A stretch of 64,000 bases of DNA from an uncultured Candidatus Saccharibacteria bacterium. GTDB taxonomy: Bacteria; Patescibacteriota; Dojkabacteria; J137. The notes below the pieces were generated by a model that saw nothing but the letters and a program-made list of their open reading frames with translations, made no database searches and was not told the DNA's origin. Shown here piece by piece: positions 1-9,316 of the stretch (positions are counted from its first letter, which is position 1; every line of letters starts with the position of its first letter). The position numbers and the translations under genes were made by a program. Where the stretch lies: assembly GCA_965230975.1 (NCBI GenBank), contig OZ246402.1, positions 379,819 to 443,818 of the forward strand. The letters run 5' to 3'.

Positions 1-54
1 GAACCTAAAAAAGTGATTTACATTAAAGATAGAATTTTAAGCTTTATTGTTTAA
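1..54 (+). CDS. leuS: 3' end of a gene, probably leucyl-tRNA synthetase (partial)
   Basis: Frame 1 reads EPKKVIYIKDRILSFIV*, resembling the LeuRS C-terminal KKVIYVPGKxxNIVV motif; followed by a terminator. Confidence 0.6.
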   Translation, partial: EPKKVIYIKDRILSFIV

Positions 55-78
55 TTAGTTTCTAGTACAAATAAACTT

Positions 79-110
79 AAGTCCTCAGTGTAATAGCTGA
101 GGACTTTTTT
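79..110 (+). terminator. Intrinsic terminator between convergent genes
   Basis: AAGTCCTCAG/CTGAGGACTT stem followed by a T-run. Confidence 0.85.
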
Positions 111-666
111 AAACCAGTTTGTGCCTAAAGCAGTAAACAGCATGGTCATTCACTAAACCGCATGCTTGCATATGGGCATAAATAATTGTTGAACCTACAA
201 ATTTAAAACCTCTCTTTTTCAAGTCTTTACTTAGTGCATCTGACTCTTTGGAAGTTGCGGGAATATCCTGCATAGATTTAATATTGTTTACAATTGGTTT
301 ATTACCAACAAAAGACCAAATGTATTTATCAAAACTGCCAAATTCCTTTTGGATTTGAATAAAGCATTTGGCATTGGTAATTACAGAATTTATTTTAAGC
401 TTGTTTCGAATAATCCCAGCATCGTTTAATAGTCTATCTATATCTGTTTGGTCGAAGTTTGCAATTTTATTAACATCAAAATCTGCAAAGGCCTTTTTGT
501 AGCCATCTCTTCTTTTTAAGATTGTTGCCCAGCTTAAGCCAGCTTGTGCCCCTTCTAAAACCAAAAATTCAAAATGTTTTTGATCATCGTGGACCGGGAC
601 TCCCCACTCTTTGTCGTGATAGTCTATATATTCTTGAGAGCCTAAAGACCATTCGCATCTATTCAT
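109..666 (-). CDS. tag: DNA-3-methyladenine glycosylase I
   Basis: RCxW, YHDxEWG, LEGAQAGLSW, IIRNKLKI, FKFVGST and GLVNDH motifs. Confidence 0.97.
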   Translation of the reverse strand: MNRCEWSLGSQEYIDYHDKEWGVPVHDDQKHFEFLVLEGAQAGLSWATILKRRDGYKKAFADFDVNKIANFDQTDIDRLLNDAGIIRNKLKINSVITNAKCFIQIQKEFGSFDKYIWSFVGNKPIVNNIKSMQDIPATSKESDALSKDLKKRGFKFVGSTIIYAHMQACGLVNDHAVYCFRHKLV

Positions 667-747
667 ATTTGTAACAAACTAAAGTAATAAACACTCTTAA
701 AATTATAATTCACAAATTTAGTATTGGTAAGGTAGATAATTTTAAAC

Positions 748-780
748 TGTAAGGATCTTGTAAGATTTGAATATTAAAAT
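748..780 (+). promoter_or_regulatory. Direct-repeat regulator box plus -10 element (copy 1)
   Basis: TGTAAG-gatct-TGTAAG, then 10 nt, then TAAAAT; same architecture at 19917 and 43352. Confidence 0.7.
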
Positions 781-807
781 AGGAGATATAATTATTATGT
801 TTTGGCT

Positions 808-1050
808 ATGTTAAAACTAAAGATGGCTATTAAAAATGGAATACAAATAAATGTTGTTTTTCAAGAAGAGCCCGCTGGAGGTTATTCTGTTTATGTCCCT
901 AGCTTGCCAGGGTGTATATCTGAAGGGGAAACTTTTGAAGAAGCTAAATCTAATATAATCGAAGCAATCTCTCTTTTTATTGAAGATTTAAGCAAAGAAG
1001 AAATTAAAGAAGTCAGCCTAATAAATAAAAGTGCGGTCTTACACAGGTAG
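808..1050 (+). CDS. HicB-family antitoxin (orphan, possible C-terminal frameshift)
   Basis: GGYSVYVPSLPGCISEGETFEEAKSNIIEAI is the HicB signature; no hicA adjacent. Confidence 0.88.
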   Translation: MLKLKMAIKNGIQINVVFQEEPAGGYSVYVPSLPGCISEGETFEEAKSNIIEAISLFIEDLSKEEIKEVSLINKSAVLHR

Positions 1051-1106
1051 AAGTCCCATTAAATGCTTAATGTATGTCATGATCTGCGATAGAGTATAAT
1101 ATCTTT

Positions 1107-1730
1107 ATGGTAATAACTTCTATAGAACAAGCCAAAAAACGAGAAGAAAGAGTTAATGTTTTTTTGGATGATAACTTTTGGGTGGGTTTAGATAAAAATC
1201 AATTAATCCAGTTTGGGCTGCATAAGGGCAAGGTTATCACAGAAGAAGATAAAAGACACATAGAAGAGGAATCGATGTTCTACAAGCTACTTGAGCGCGT
1301 TATTAACTATACTTTAATACGACCAAGATCTAAGTTTGAAATATTTCAGTATCTCACACTTAAAAAAGATGTAGATGAACTAACTGCTAATAAAGTTATT
1401 GAAAGGGTGGAGGAAAAGGGTTTTTTGTCAGATGAAAAATTTGCTGAATGGTACATACAAACTAGAACAAGTCATGGATTTCATGGTCGTAATAAAATAA
1501 GTTCAGAACTGGCTAAAAAGGGAGTAGAAAAATCAATAATTCAAAAATTCTTAAAAGAATCTGAAGAAGAAAATGACAACTCTGATAAAATAAGGCAACT
1601 TTACGAAAAGATTAAAGACAAAGTTAAGTTCACCTCTGAATTTGAAAGAAAAAATAAAATTTATCAAAGAATTATGGGTAGAGGATATACTTTTGCAGAA
1701 ATAGAAAAAGCCTTAAAAGATATAATCTAA
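1107..1730 (+). CDS. recX: RecX family regulator
   Basis: ERVNVFLD, RPRSKFEI, LSDEKFA, GRNKISSELAKKGV and RGY motifs. Confidence 0.92.
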   Translation: MVITSIEQAKKREERVNVFLDDNFWVGLDKNQLIQFGLHKGKVITEEDKRHIEEESMFYKLLERVINYTLIRPRSKFEIFQYLTLKKDVDELTANKVIERVEEKGFLSDEKFAEWYIQTRTSHGFHGRNKISSELAKKGVEKSIIQKFLKESEEENDNSDKIRQLYEKIKDKVKFTSEFERKNKIYQRIMGRGYTFAEIEKALKDII

Positions 1731-1743
1731 TAAGGCTTTTTCT
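1703..1743. terminator. Bidirectional terminator between recX and rnpB
   Basis: AGAAAAAGCCTTA ... TAAGGCTTTTTCT inverted repeat. Confidence 0.7.
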
Positions 1744-1749
1744 TGGGTT

Positions 1750-2172
1750 ATCTATTCAATAAGCCGGATTCTGTTCCTTAATATTGCTATTAAGGTGAGA
1801 ATTATTTATCTATGCCCCGTTTAAAACGAGTTGCTCCAACCAGGGGTTACAAGCATCCTGATATTGCTATCAGAACCGGTGAGCTCTTACCTCTCCATTT
1901 CAACCTTGCTCGCATCTCGACAAGTCGAAACCGTTAGCGGTGTCTTTTCTGTTGCCCTTTTCAGAAATGTGTAAATTTTGCACAAAACTGAATTCATCTC
2001 CCTAAGATCACTCCCAGCCAGTGCTTAACAAACTTGCGTTTATTAACTTCGTGGTGGCTATCACGTTGCACTTCGTAATGTATTGCAATTACAGTTTGCG
2101 TACGTGACCAAAATGGAGTCCGGACTTTCCTCTCTATAACAAAATGTTAACGAGCAATTCTCTAGAATAGAT
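1750..2172 (-). ncRNA. rnpB: RNase P RNA
   Basis: Minus strand has GAGGAAAGTCCGGACT, GCAACAGAAA, GGTAAGAGCT and ACAGAATCCGGCTTA; P1 formed by ATCTATTC/GAATAGAT. Confidence 0.96.
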
Positions 2173-2236
2173 GTGTAATTATAGCATATTTCGCAAATCC
2201 TATAGTACTGGTTGTGAAATTGAAATGCTAATTGGT

Positions 2237-2884
2237 CTAAGGTTTTATAAATTGTGCAAACTTAAATACAAATTCAAAAGGGTATTCAAAAGGCATTAGG
2301 CTAATATCTGCAATTAGAGACTCAATTCTTGCCTCTTCTACTTTATCTAAATCTAATATTTTTTTATTTGTGGTAAAAACTTCTTCTGCAAATGTAGAAA
2401 CCCTAAAGTAGTTATATATACAAAAAACAAATAAGAATAATTGTAAAACCAAAGATGCGATTAAGTATGTGTTTACAATTAATCCAAAAAATATAGAACC
2501 TAAAACCAAAAAGAAGATTTGAACTCCAAAAATAACATTTTGATAAATTTTATAATCTCGAATGTATCTGTTTTTATTTAAAGCTAAATAAAAATAATAC
2601 AAAAATTTGTAATTTATATATAAAGTATTCTTACTTAGATCTGACTTATTAATTAAAACCAATTGATCTTGCAAAGATGCAACATCATCTAAATTTTCAC
2701 TAACCTTTATAGTAACTTTACTAAACTTTTTTTCATTTTGACTTAACATTTTTTCGGGAGTTATTTGAGAACCTAGTGGCTTTGAATATTTCTTTTTTAA
2801 TTTATCTGTAGCGTTAAAACCTATTAATGCAAGTGAGATTTGCACTATCAAAAGTAGAATTGTAATTATAAATAGAATTATCAT
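2237..2884 (-). CDS. Hypothetical membrane protein
   Basis: 215-aa ORF with three hydrophobic segments. Confidence 0.75.
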   Translation of the reverse strand: MIILFIITILLLIVQISLALIGFNATDKLKKKYSKPLGSQITPEKMLSQNEKKFSKVTIKVSENLDDVASLQDQLVLINKSDLSKNTLYINYKFLYYFYLALNKNRYIRDYKIYQNVIFGVQIFFLVLGSIFFGLIVNTYLIASLVLQLFLFVFCIYNYFRVSTFAEEVFTTNKKILDLDKVEEARIESLIADISLMPFEYPFEFVFKFAQFIKP

Positions 2885-2944
2885 GAAGGTTTTATACTAA
2901 TTAACATGATATATCCTAATACATTTGAAAAAAGTATTAAAGCA

Positions 2945-3412
2945 TTAAATGCCGAGTAGGTTGAATTCTAAAACAGTATTTTCTAAAATTTCAGGTCTAA
3001 TTTCTTGAATTGTATTAAAATTGCTGTCTTGTATTAGTACAAGGGCCGGTGTTATTGCAACTTTATAATTGCTAGAAAAATTTCTAAAAGTTTCTATATC
3101 TGCAATATAAAATTCTATATCTGAATAAGTTTTTGCCATTGTTTTTAATTTTTCCTTCATGCTTGAGCATGCACCACACCAATTTGATGTAAATAAAATT
3201 ACACTTTTACCATCATCGCTTTTAATTAAGTCAAATGTATCTTTGTTTGAAATTTCTAAGTAGTTTGAAGGGATTTCTAGTATTTGGTTATCTGTTTGAG
3301 ATTCTACTTGTACTCTAATTATTCTAAAACCGGCTAATGCAGTTATTCCAATTGCAAAAATTATAATAAACGTAATAGTTCTTTTAATATGGTTTTTATC
3401 TTTTTTCTTCAT
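2945..3412 (-). CDS. Membrane-anchored thioredoxin-family protein
   Basis: N-terminal TM segment and WCGAC motif. Confidence 0.88.
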   Translation of the reverse strand: MKKKDKNHIKRTITFIIIFAIGITALAGFRIIRVQVESQTDNQILEIPSNYLEISNKDTFDLIKSDDGKSVILFTSNWCGACSSMKEKLKTMAKTYSDIEFYIADIETFRNFSSNYKVAITPALVLIQDSNFNTIQEIRPEILENTVLEFNLLGI

Positions 3413-3478
3413 TATTTGTTTAAAATACCAAGTTTTATTTTATGCTATTTATTGAGTGATACTATCTTATCACAATTA

Positions 3479-4204
3479 TTATATGTTGCAAGCTATGTCC
3501 CTTAACTCAGATGGCATTTCGTTTACCGCTTTAGGGAAAGTTTTAACAATATCTTTAATAATCTCTTCTGTGCTAATTAATAGACCTTCTTCTTTTAGCT
3601 TTTGTAGGTAATAATCCTTGCCGTTTTCCCAAAATTCGTTTTCTATTTCAGAAAGTGGCTTTTCAACTTTCTTTCCTAATGCTTCAAAAATGTATTCTAA
3701 TTCTTGTGCTATCTTCATTTCAGAGTTATCTAATACTAGGTTGTATTTTTGAATAACGGTATTTAAATCTAGCCAGTCAAGCCCGCATAAAGCTTTGTAA
3801 TGTTGTTGTGCCTTCTTTTCTCTCTCTTCTAGTAATAAAACCTCTTCTGTCCTACCATCCACTTCCAGTCTTTTCTTTCTTGATTCTAATGATGGTGCAA
3901 GAAAGATTGAGAAGAAGTTATCATTTAATCCTAGTCTAAAAGCTGCAATATCACTTTCGACAAGATAGTTTTTTTTATTTAGAAGAATATAATCAACATA
4001 CTTATCGTATACTGGTCCCCAGTATTTATCTAAGTACTCGTCCGCTTTTACTCTTCCTGCTCCATTTAATGAATATCCTAACTTAGTACCTAAAAGCCTA
4101 TTGGTCTGACTACCTAGAAACAAATTAAACTTTAAATAGTAAGAGATTAAAAGGGCTAATGTAGTTCCTCCTGCTCCTGGCCAACTAGACACAACTATGT
4201 TCAT
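3479..4204 (-). CDS. Cytidylate kinase-like protein (archaeal-type, degenerate P-loop)
   Basis: MNIVVSSWPGAGGTT, IFLAPSLESRKKRL and YNLVLDNS match the Cmk-like family; ATG at 4204 preferred as start. Confidence 0.75.
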   Translation of the reverse strand: MNIVVSSWPGAGGTTLALLISYYLKFNLFLGSQTNRLLGTKLGYSLNGAGRVKADEYLDKYWGPVYDKYVDYILLNKKNYLVESDIAAFRLGLNDNFFSIFLAPSLESRKKRLEVDGRTEEVLLLEEREKKAQQHYKALCGLDWLDLNTVIQKYNLVLDNSEMKIAQELEYIFEALGKKVEKPLSEIENEFWENGKDYYLQKLKEEGLLISTEEIIKDIVKTFPKAVNEMPSELRDIACNI

Positions 4205-4246
4205 ATATGTTATATAATCAATTAGATATTTCATTATATACAAGAA

Positions 4247-5182
4247 ATGGCAAAAGTGTTTAATGTTGAAGAAAAAGATGCCGGCAAGCGGGTAGATTTG
4301 TTTATGCTTGAAAAGGATTTGACTATGACCAGAACTTCTAGCAAGAAGTTGATTATGGAGGGTTTGATTAAAGTAGATGGTGTACAGGTTAAGCCTAACT
4401 ACAGGTTAAAGCCAAATGAAAAGGTTGAATACATGGCTAGTGAATCTAAAAAATTTATAGATTCAGGCGAGTTGACTGAGATTTCTGCAACTAAAATGCC
4501 TATTGATGTAATTTATGAAGATGAAAATATTATTATTGTGAATAAGCCCGCTGGTCTTGTTGTTCACCCTGTTTATAATCATAAAGATGATACTTTGCTT
4601 AATGGTTTGACTTATTATTTTCAGCAAAAAAAAGAAGAGGTTAAGGTTAGGCCTGTGCATAGGTTAGATAAAGAAACTAGTGGTGTTATTTTGTTTACTA
4701 AGAATAAAGATGTTAATGAATTTTATTCTAAGCTTTTTGAAGGGCATAATTTAGAGAAGACTTATTATGCTGTTGTTAAGGGCGATTTTGCAGATTTTAT
4801 GCAGCGGAAAAATCGCCCGGACGTTTTTGAGTATGTGACTTATATTTCTAAGGAAAAGACTGTTGATAGGGCTTATTTTAATACTTCTAAAGAATTGGGT
4901 GTTATTGCCAAGACTAAGTTTTTCTTTGCAAATTATTTTAAGCATGCTCATGATGATAGAGTTTATTCTTTAGTTAAGGTTATGCCTTTGACTGGTAGGA
5001 CTCATCAAATTAGGGTGCATTTATCTTCTTTAGGCTTTCCAATTCTTGGGGACTTGCTTTATTCAAGAAATCCATACAAGCGTATGATGCTTCATGCATA
5101 TTCGTTAAAGATACCTGTAAGGAGTACGAGTGGGGTGGAGGAGAGAGTATTTGTGGCTAAGTTGCCGAAGGAGTTTAAATAA
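4247..5182 (+). CDS. rluD: RluA/RluD-family pseudouridine synthase with S4 domain
   Basis: NKPAGLVVHP, HRLDKETSG, TGRTHQIRVH and LHA motifs. Confidence 0.92.
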   Translation: MAKVFNVEEKDAGKRVDLFMLEKDLTMTRTSSKKLIMEGLIKVDGVQVKPNYRLKPNEKVEYMASESKKFIDSGELTEISATKMPIDVIYEDENIIIVNKPAGLVVHPVYNHKDDTLLNGLTYYFQQKKEEVKVRPVHRLDKETSGVILFTKNKDVNEFYSKLFEGHNLEKTYYAVVKGDFADFMQRKNRPDVFEYVTYISKEKTVDRAYFNTSKELGVIAKTKFFFANYFKHAHDDRVYSLVKVMPLTGRTHQIRVHLSSLGFPILGDLLYSRNPYKRMMLHAYSLKIPVRSTSGVEERVFVAKLPKEFK

Positions 5183-5235
5183 AATTCTGGTGGTTATTTC
5201 CTAAAGTGGTAATATGAATTTAGTTAAATCTTCCA

Positions 5236-5814
5236 ATGAAGAACTTAAGTCCTAAATCATGTATTTTGCTTTTAGGTTTATTGTTCTGTATAGCAGTCTT
5301 CTTAGGAAGTCTAAACAATAAAAATTCCTCATATATTGCTTTAGATCAAAATAGCGGACCTACAGTTTCATATCCAGTTAGAAATTGCAGTAATATGATG
5401 ATTACTAAAAGATGTGATAGTTGTAATATTGCCAAAGCAGTTTACTCAAGAGCAGATTGTTCTGAGTACACAGAATTAATTGAAGATACAAAATGTTCTG
5501 ATTTATGCCCAAAATGTATTCAAGACGAAGAAGTAAGCAGAACATGTAGTGGTTGTGATACTGCTTCTGTTACTTACAAGAATAAAGATTGTAGTGAGTC
5601 TTCTAAAACCATAAGTGATACTTCCTGTAAATCTGCATGTCCTTTGCCTGTAGTTGCTCCTAAACAAGTTACGAATGGATTTGCTTGTAACTGCAGCAAA
5701 ACTTGCGAGCAAATGACTAGTTGTACAGAAGCATATTATCAATTAAACACATGTGGCTGTTCTAAACGTGACGGAGATCATGATGGAGTTCCTTGTGAGA
5801 GTATTTGCAATTAA
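5236..5814 (+). CDS. Cys-rich secreted protein with C-terminal Excalibur-like Ca-binding domain
   Basis: Hydrophobic N-terminus; two Cys repeats; CEQMTSCTEAYYQL...RDGDHDGVPCE. Confidence 0.85.
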   Translation: MKNLSPKSCILLLGLLFCIAVFLGSLNNKNSSYIALDQNSGPTVSYPVRNCSNMMITKRCDSCNIAKAVYSRADCSEYTELIEDTKCSDLCPKCIQDEEVSRTCSGCDTASVTYKNKDCSESSKTISDTSCKSACPLPVVAPKQVTNGFACNCSKTCEQMTSCTEAYYQLNTCGCSKRDGDHDGVPCESICN

Positions 5815-5887
5815 AAAACAGATTGTCTCAGGCTTGCAGATTTCTCCGGTGGCCTCATCAAGTGTAAAAACACTTTCAATCTGTTTC
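5813..5887 (-). ncRNA. Candidate small structured RNA (three-way junction)
   Basis: Minus-strand promoter TTGCAC-18-TATAAT (5921-5892); ends pair (AAACAGATTG/CAATCTGTTT); two internal hairpins; U-tract. Confidence 0.6.
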
Positions 5888-5957
5888 GAATATTATACCA
5901 ACCTCATTTTAAGGAGTGCAATAACTTTTTTTCAAATTGTAAGATTTGTGGCAGAAT

Positions 5958-6386
5958 CTAATGCCCGGCTCTATTCAAAGCCAATTCAGACATCCTCTCG
6001 TTAATTAATTGGTTCAAAAGATCCTTATTAGAATTATTGGGGTCATCGTTCACCTTAATTCTTAAATCGATTAGAAATGCCCAAAGGGATTGAAAGAGTG
6101 TAAATGTAAAGAACTCATAACTTAACTCTATGTTTGAATTTATTCGGGCTCTTAAATTTGTAATAATTTCACCAATTTCATTTAAAATTAGTAGTTCAGC
6201 ACCAAGCCCTTCTTCTTTTCCGGTTTCTTCCCAGTATTCAAAAATACATTCGAATAATAATCCGAGATTATAAATATATTCACTATCTGTATCAGCCGAA
6301 TTAAGAATCGATTTTAATACATCGTATCTTTGATTATAAATATGGTTGGTAGGATTAGCCATGTCTAAGACAAATAGTGTGCTCAT
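5958..6386 (-). CDS. Hypothetical protein
   Basis: 142-aa ORF, no recognised motif. Confidence 0.65.
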   Translation of the reverse strand: MSTLFVLDMANPTNHIYNQRYDVLKSILNSADTDSEYIYNLGLLFECIFEYWEETGKEEGLGAELLILNEIGEIITNLRARINSNIELSYEFFTFTLFQSLWAFLIDLRIKVNDDPNNSNKDLLNQLINERMSELALNRAGH

Positions 6387-6482
6387 ATTTGAATCTTATC
6401 ACCAATATCAAAAATTTAATATATTGAAGTGAAAATCGCAGTATTGAAATAAATCAATTAGTCAACATGCTAAAATTAAGCT

Positions 6483-7841
6483 ATGACTAAAGACCAAGCA
6501 ATTAAAATTCTAGAAACCACTAAAGGTTTATCCAGGGAACTTGTACAGGCCATATCTGTTTACAAAGAAGAACCAGATTGGATGACAGAAATACGTCTCA
6601 AGGCATACGATCATTACGTAACACGAGACGTACCACACTGGGGTGCAGATTTAAGCGCATTAAAAGAAGGAGACATAAAATTTTACACAACACCAGAATC
6701 TAAAAAAGGCAGAACATGGGAAGAAGTTCCTGCAGAAATAAAAAAGACCTACGAAGACTTAAAAATCCCCGAAGCAGAAAGAAAATACTTGGCGGGAGTA
6801 GAAGCCCAGTTTGACTCTAACGTAATATACGGGCGAGTAAAAGAAATATGGGAATCTCAAGGTGTAATCTTTACAGATACTGACACAGGACTAAAAAAAT
6901 ACCCAGAAATTTTCAAAAAATATTTTGGCAAAGCAATACCACTTACAGACAATAAATACGCAGCTTTAAACACCGCATGCTGGAGTGGAGGAAGTTTTGT
7001 TTACGTACCAAAAAACGTAAAAGTTACCATACCATTACAAGCTTACTTTTATATTCAAACTAAAAACCTTGGCCAATTTGAAAGAACCTTAATAATTGCA
7101 GATGAAGGATCTGAAGTACTTTACGTAGAAGGCTGCAGTGCGCCAAACTATTCCACAGATGTATTGCATTCTGGGGTAATAGAATTAATAGCTTTAAAAG
7201 GTTCTCGTATCAGATACACAACAATCCAAAACTGGTCTAAAAATGTTTACAATCTTGTTACGCAAAGAGGGTTGGCCTACGAAGATGCAAAAATCGAGTG
7301 GGTAGATTGCAATTTAGGTTCTCACGTCACAATGAAGTACCCAAGCGTTGTTATGGTTGGAGATAATTCAAAAGGTGAGATACTTTCAATAGCATTAGCA
7401 GATGGTAAACAGCACTTAGATAGTGGTGCGAAATTGATACATATTGGAAAGAATACAAGTGGTGTGATCACAACAAAATCAATTTGCAAAAATGGCGGAA
7501 GAACAAGTTATAGAGGTTTAGTAAAAGTAACAAAAGGTGCTAAGAATGCAAAAGTTAAGGTAGTATGTGACGCGTTAATATTAGATAATGATTCACAAAC
7601 TGATACGTATCCATACAACGAAATTTACGAAAAAATGGCTAAAATAGAACATGAAGCCAGTGTAAGTCGAGTATCAGAATCTCAGCTTTACTATTTAATG
7701 AGCCGTGGAATTTCTGAAGAGGAAGCAGGTGGTTTGATAGTCTCCGGGTTTGTAGAACCAATAGCAAAAGAATTACCCATGGAATATGCAATGGAGATGA
7801 ATGATTTGATTAAAATGAGCATGAAGGGGAGTGTAGGGTAA
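6483..7841 (+). CDS. sufB: Fe-S cluster assembly protein SufB
   Basis: WSGGSFVYVPK, GQFERTLIIAD, YVEGCSAP, TMKYPS and ELPMEYA motifs. Confidence 0.97.
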   Translation: MTKDQAIKILETTKGLSRELVQAISVYKEEPDWMTEIRLKAYDHYVTRDVPHWGADLSALKEGDIKFYTTPESKKGRTWEEVPAEIKKTYEDLKIPEAERKYLAGVEAQFDSNVIYGRVKEIWESQGVIFTDTDTGLKKYPEIFKKYFGKAIPLTDNKYAALNTACWSGGSFVYVPKNVKVTIPLQAYFYIQTKNLGQFERTLIIADEGSEVLYVEGCSAPNYSTDVLHSGVIELIALKGSRIRYTTIQNWSKNVYNLVTQRGLAYEDAKIEWVDCNLGSHVTMKYPSVVMVGDNSKGEILSIALADGKQHLDSGAKLIHIGKNTSGVITTKSICKNGGRTSYRGLVKVTKGAKNAKVKVVCDALILDNDSQTDTYPYNEIYEKMAKIEHEASVSRVSESQLYYLMSRGISEEEAGGLIVSGFVEPIAKELPMEYAMEMNDLIKMSMKGSVG

Positions 7842-7886
7842 CTTAAATCTATAGAATCTCCAATTATTGCACTATAGAGCAAGTCG

Positions 7887-8408
7887 ATGCTAAAATATGG
7901 CAACAATTATCCGAATGTAATGACTCTTGGAGACGGAATTAGAGAAAATTCATATTATCTAAAATCTATATTTTACGGAAGATCAAGTTTACCTAAGCCA
8001 ATAGCTGATAATCTTGATGGTTTTGTAAATGATTTTCGTAATACAATAATATCCAGTTCTCCACATTTAATGCATAGATTTTTGCAGTTATTGGCCACAC
8101 GTCAATCAAAAGAACTTATGAACTTTTATGTGCTATGTGTTGCAATTGGCTTTGAAATTTATACTCTAATTTACGATAAAATTATTAATGAGGTAGATTT
8201 AGAAGCTGATCTTTATCCAAAGCTAAAAGAGGTACTATACTCTGAATTTCTAATAATTAATATGTCTAGTTATAACCAGGTTGGTCCAGAGGAATATTTA
8301 AAAATGAAAGAAAATTTGATGAGTTTTGTTAAGATGGGGGTAGATATAGGACGTACTAGATATGAGCCATTTTTCCCAGAAGATCCTCTATTATACATAG
8401 AAAACTAA
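7887..8408 (+). CDS. Hypothetical protein
   Basis: 173-aa ORF. Confidence 0.6.
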   Translation: MLKYGNNYPNVMTLGDGIRENSYYLKSIFYGRSSLPKPIADNLDGFVNDFRNTIISSSPHLMHRFLQLLATRQSKELMNFYVLCVAIGFEIYTLIYDKIINEVDLEADLYPKLKEVLYSEFLIINMSSYNQVGPEEYLKMKENLMSFVKMGVDIGRTRYEPFFPEDPLLYIEN

Positions 8409-9208
8409 CTCACTCGTCTTAATACTTCTCCAAATTTAGCAACATAAAGTACAATTGAATACTTTCCCATTATTTCTCCGGCAATTTTTTCTAAGTTTTC
8501 GGGATTTTCAAACTCAGCTTGTGTTATTAAAGCTAAATCACTATCACTTGGGATTTTTGAGTTTGTTGTTTTGCAAGCAATCCAAAGCTTATTTGTTACT
8601 AATCCAGTTAAAAACAAATTAGAATTAAAGAAAGATTGCATATCTTGCAAAGAAAAGAATGTATAAATATTCTTATTAAATTTTGGATATTGAGTAACGG
8701 GGTGTGTGTGAAAATTTGCAATAAATATTGGTTTATAAAGCCCACTTTGAATAAGCTCATTTCTTTTTTTTAAAGAGTCAGAGTTTGGCCATATAACTTT
8801 ATCTACTTTAAAGTCATCTAGTAGCAAATTATCTACGCATTCCTGGGATTCAAAATTAAAGTCACTTTCTACTTTTAATGAGTGACTGCTACGAACCTCA
8901 GTATAGCTTTTAGAGTTCTTAAATTTGCTATAGTAAAATTTATTATGAAAGTAAGCCATTATAAACGAATATTCCCACCCCGTAGATCCATTATATTCTT
9001 TATCTTTTTGAAAACTATTTAAAGATGCATCTGTAAACCTTCTTATAGATTTAATATTATCCCAAAATATATTTGAACTACTAAAGAATCCGGAGGTTTT
9101 TTCTGAAGGAGCATGTATAAAAGCTGGCCAGTCTGAAGTTTCAAACAATTTAGTTGAATCAAGAATTTTATTTGCAATATTTATTAAATTTACACTTTCT
9201 TGTGGCAT
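8405..9208 (-). CDS. Hypothetical protein with JAB/MPN-like metal motif
   Basis: FHTHP...FFSLQD with an upstream Glu (GWEYS). Confidence 0.6.
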   Translation of the reverse strand: MPQESVNLINIANKILDSTKLFETSDWPAFIHAPSEKTSGFFSSSNIFWDNIKSIRRFTDASLNSFQKDKEYNGSTGWEYSFIMAYFHNKFYYSKFKNSKSYTEVRSSHSLKVESDFNFESQECVDNLLLDDFKVDKVIWPNSDSLKKRNELIQSGLYKPIFIANFHTHPVTQYPKFNKNIYTFFSLQDMQSFFNSNLFLTGLVTNKLWIACKTTNSKIPSDSDLALITQAEFENPENLEKIAGEIMGKYSIVLYVAKFGEVLRRVS

Positions 9209-9316
9209 AAATTAAGTATAGCTATTCTTTAAGTAGAATAGAATAGTTATTGAAATTTGTAGACGTTTTAATAGCAAGTTGTTAATATAACAGTATTAGA
9301 TTTTAGTAAAATCTTT

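Noticed and set aside
5813-5887. Canonical active hammerhead ribozyme or SRP RNA
   Set aside because: Several conserved hammerhead core positions differ and the SRP helix-8 motif is absent; kept only as an unknown RNA.
5753-6004. 83-aa plus-strand ORF
   Set aside because: Overlaps two better-supported genes and the candidate RNA; likely spurious.
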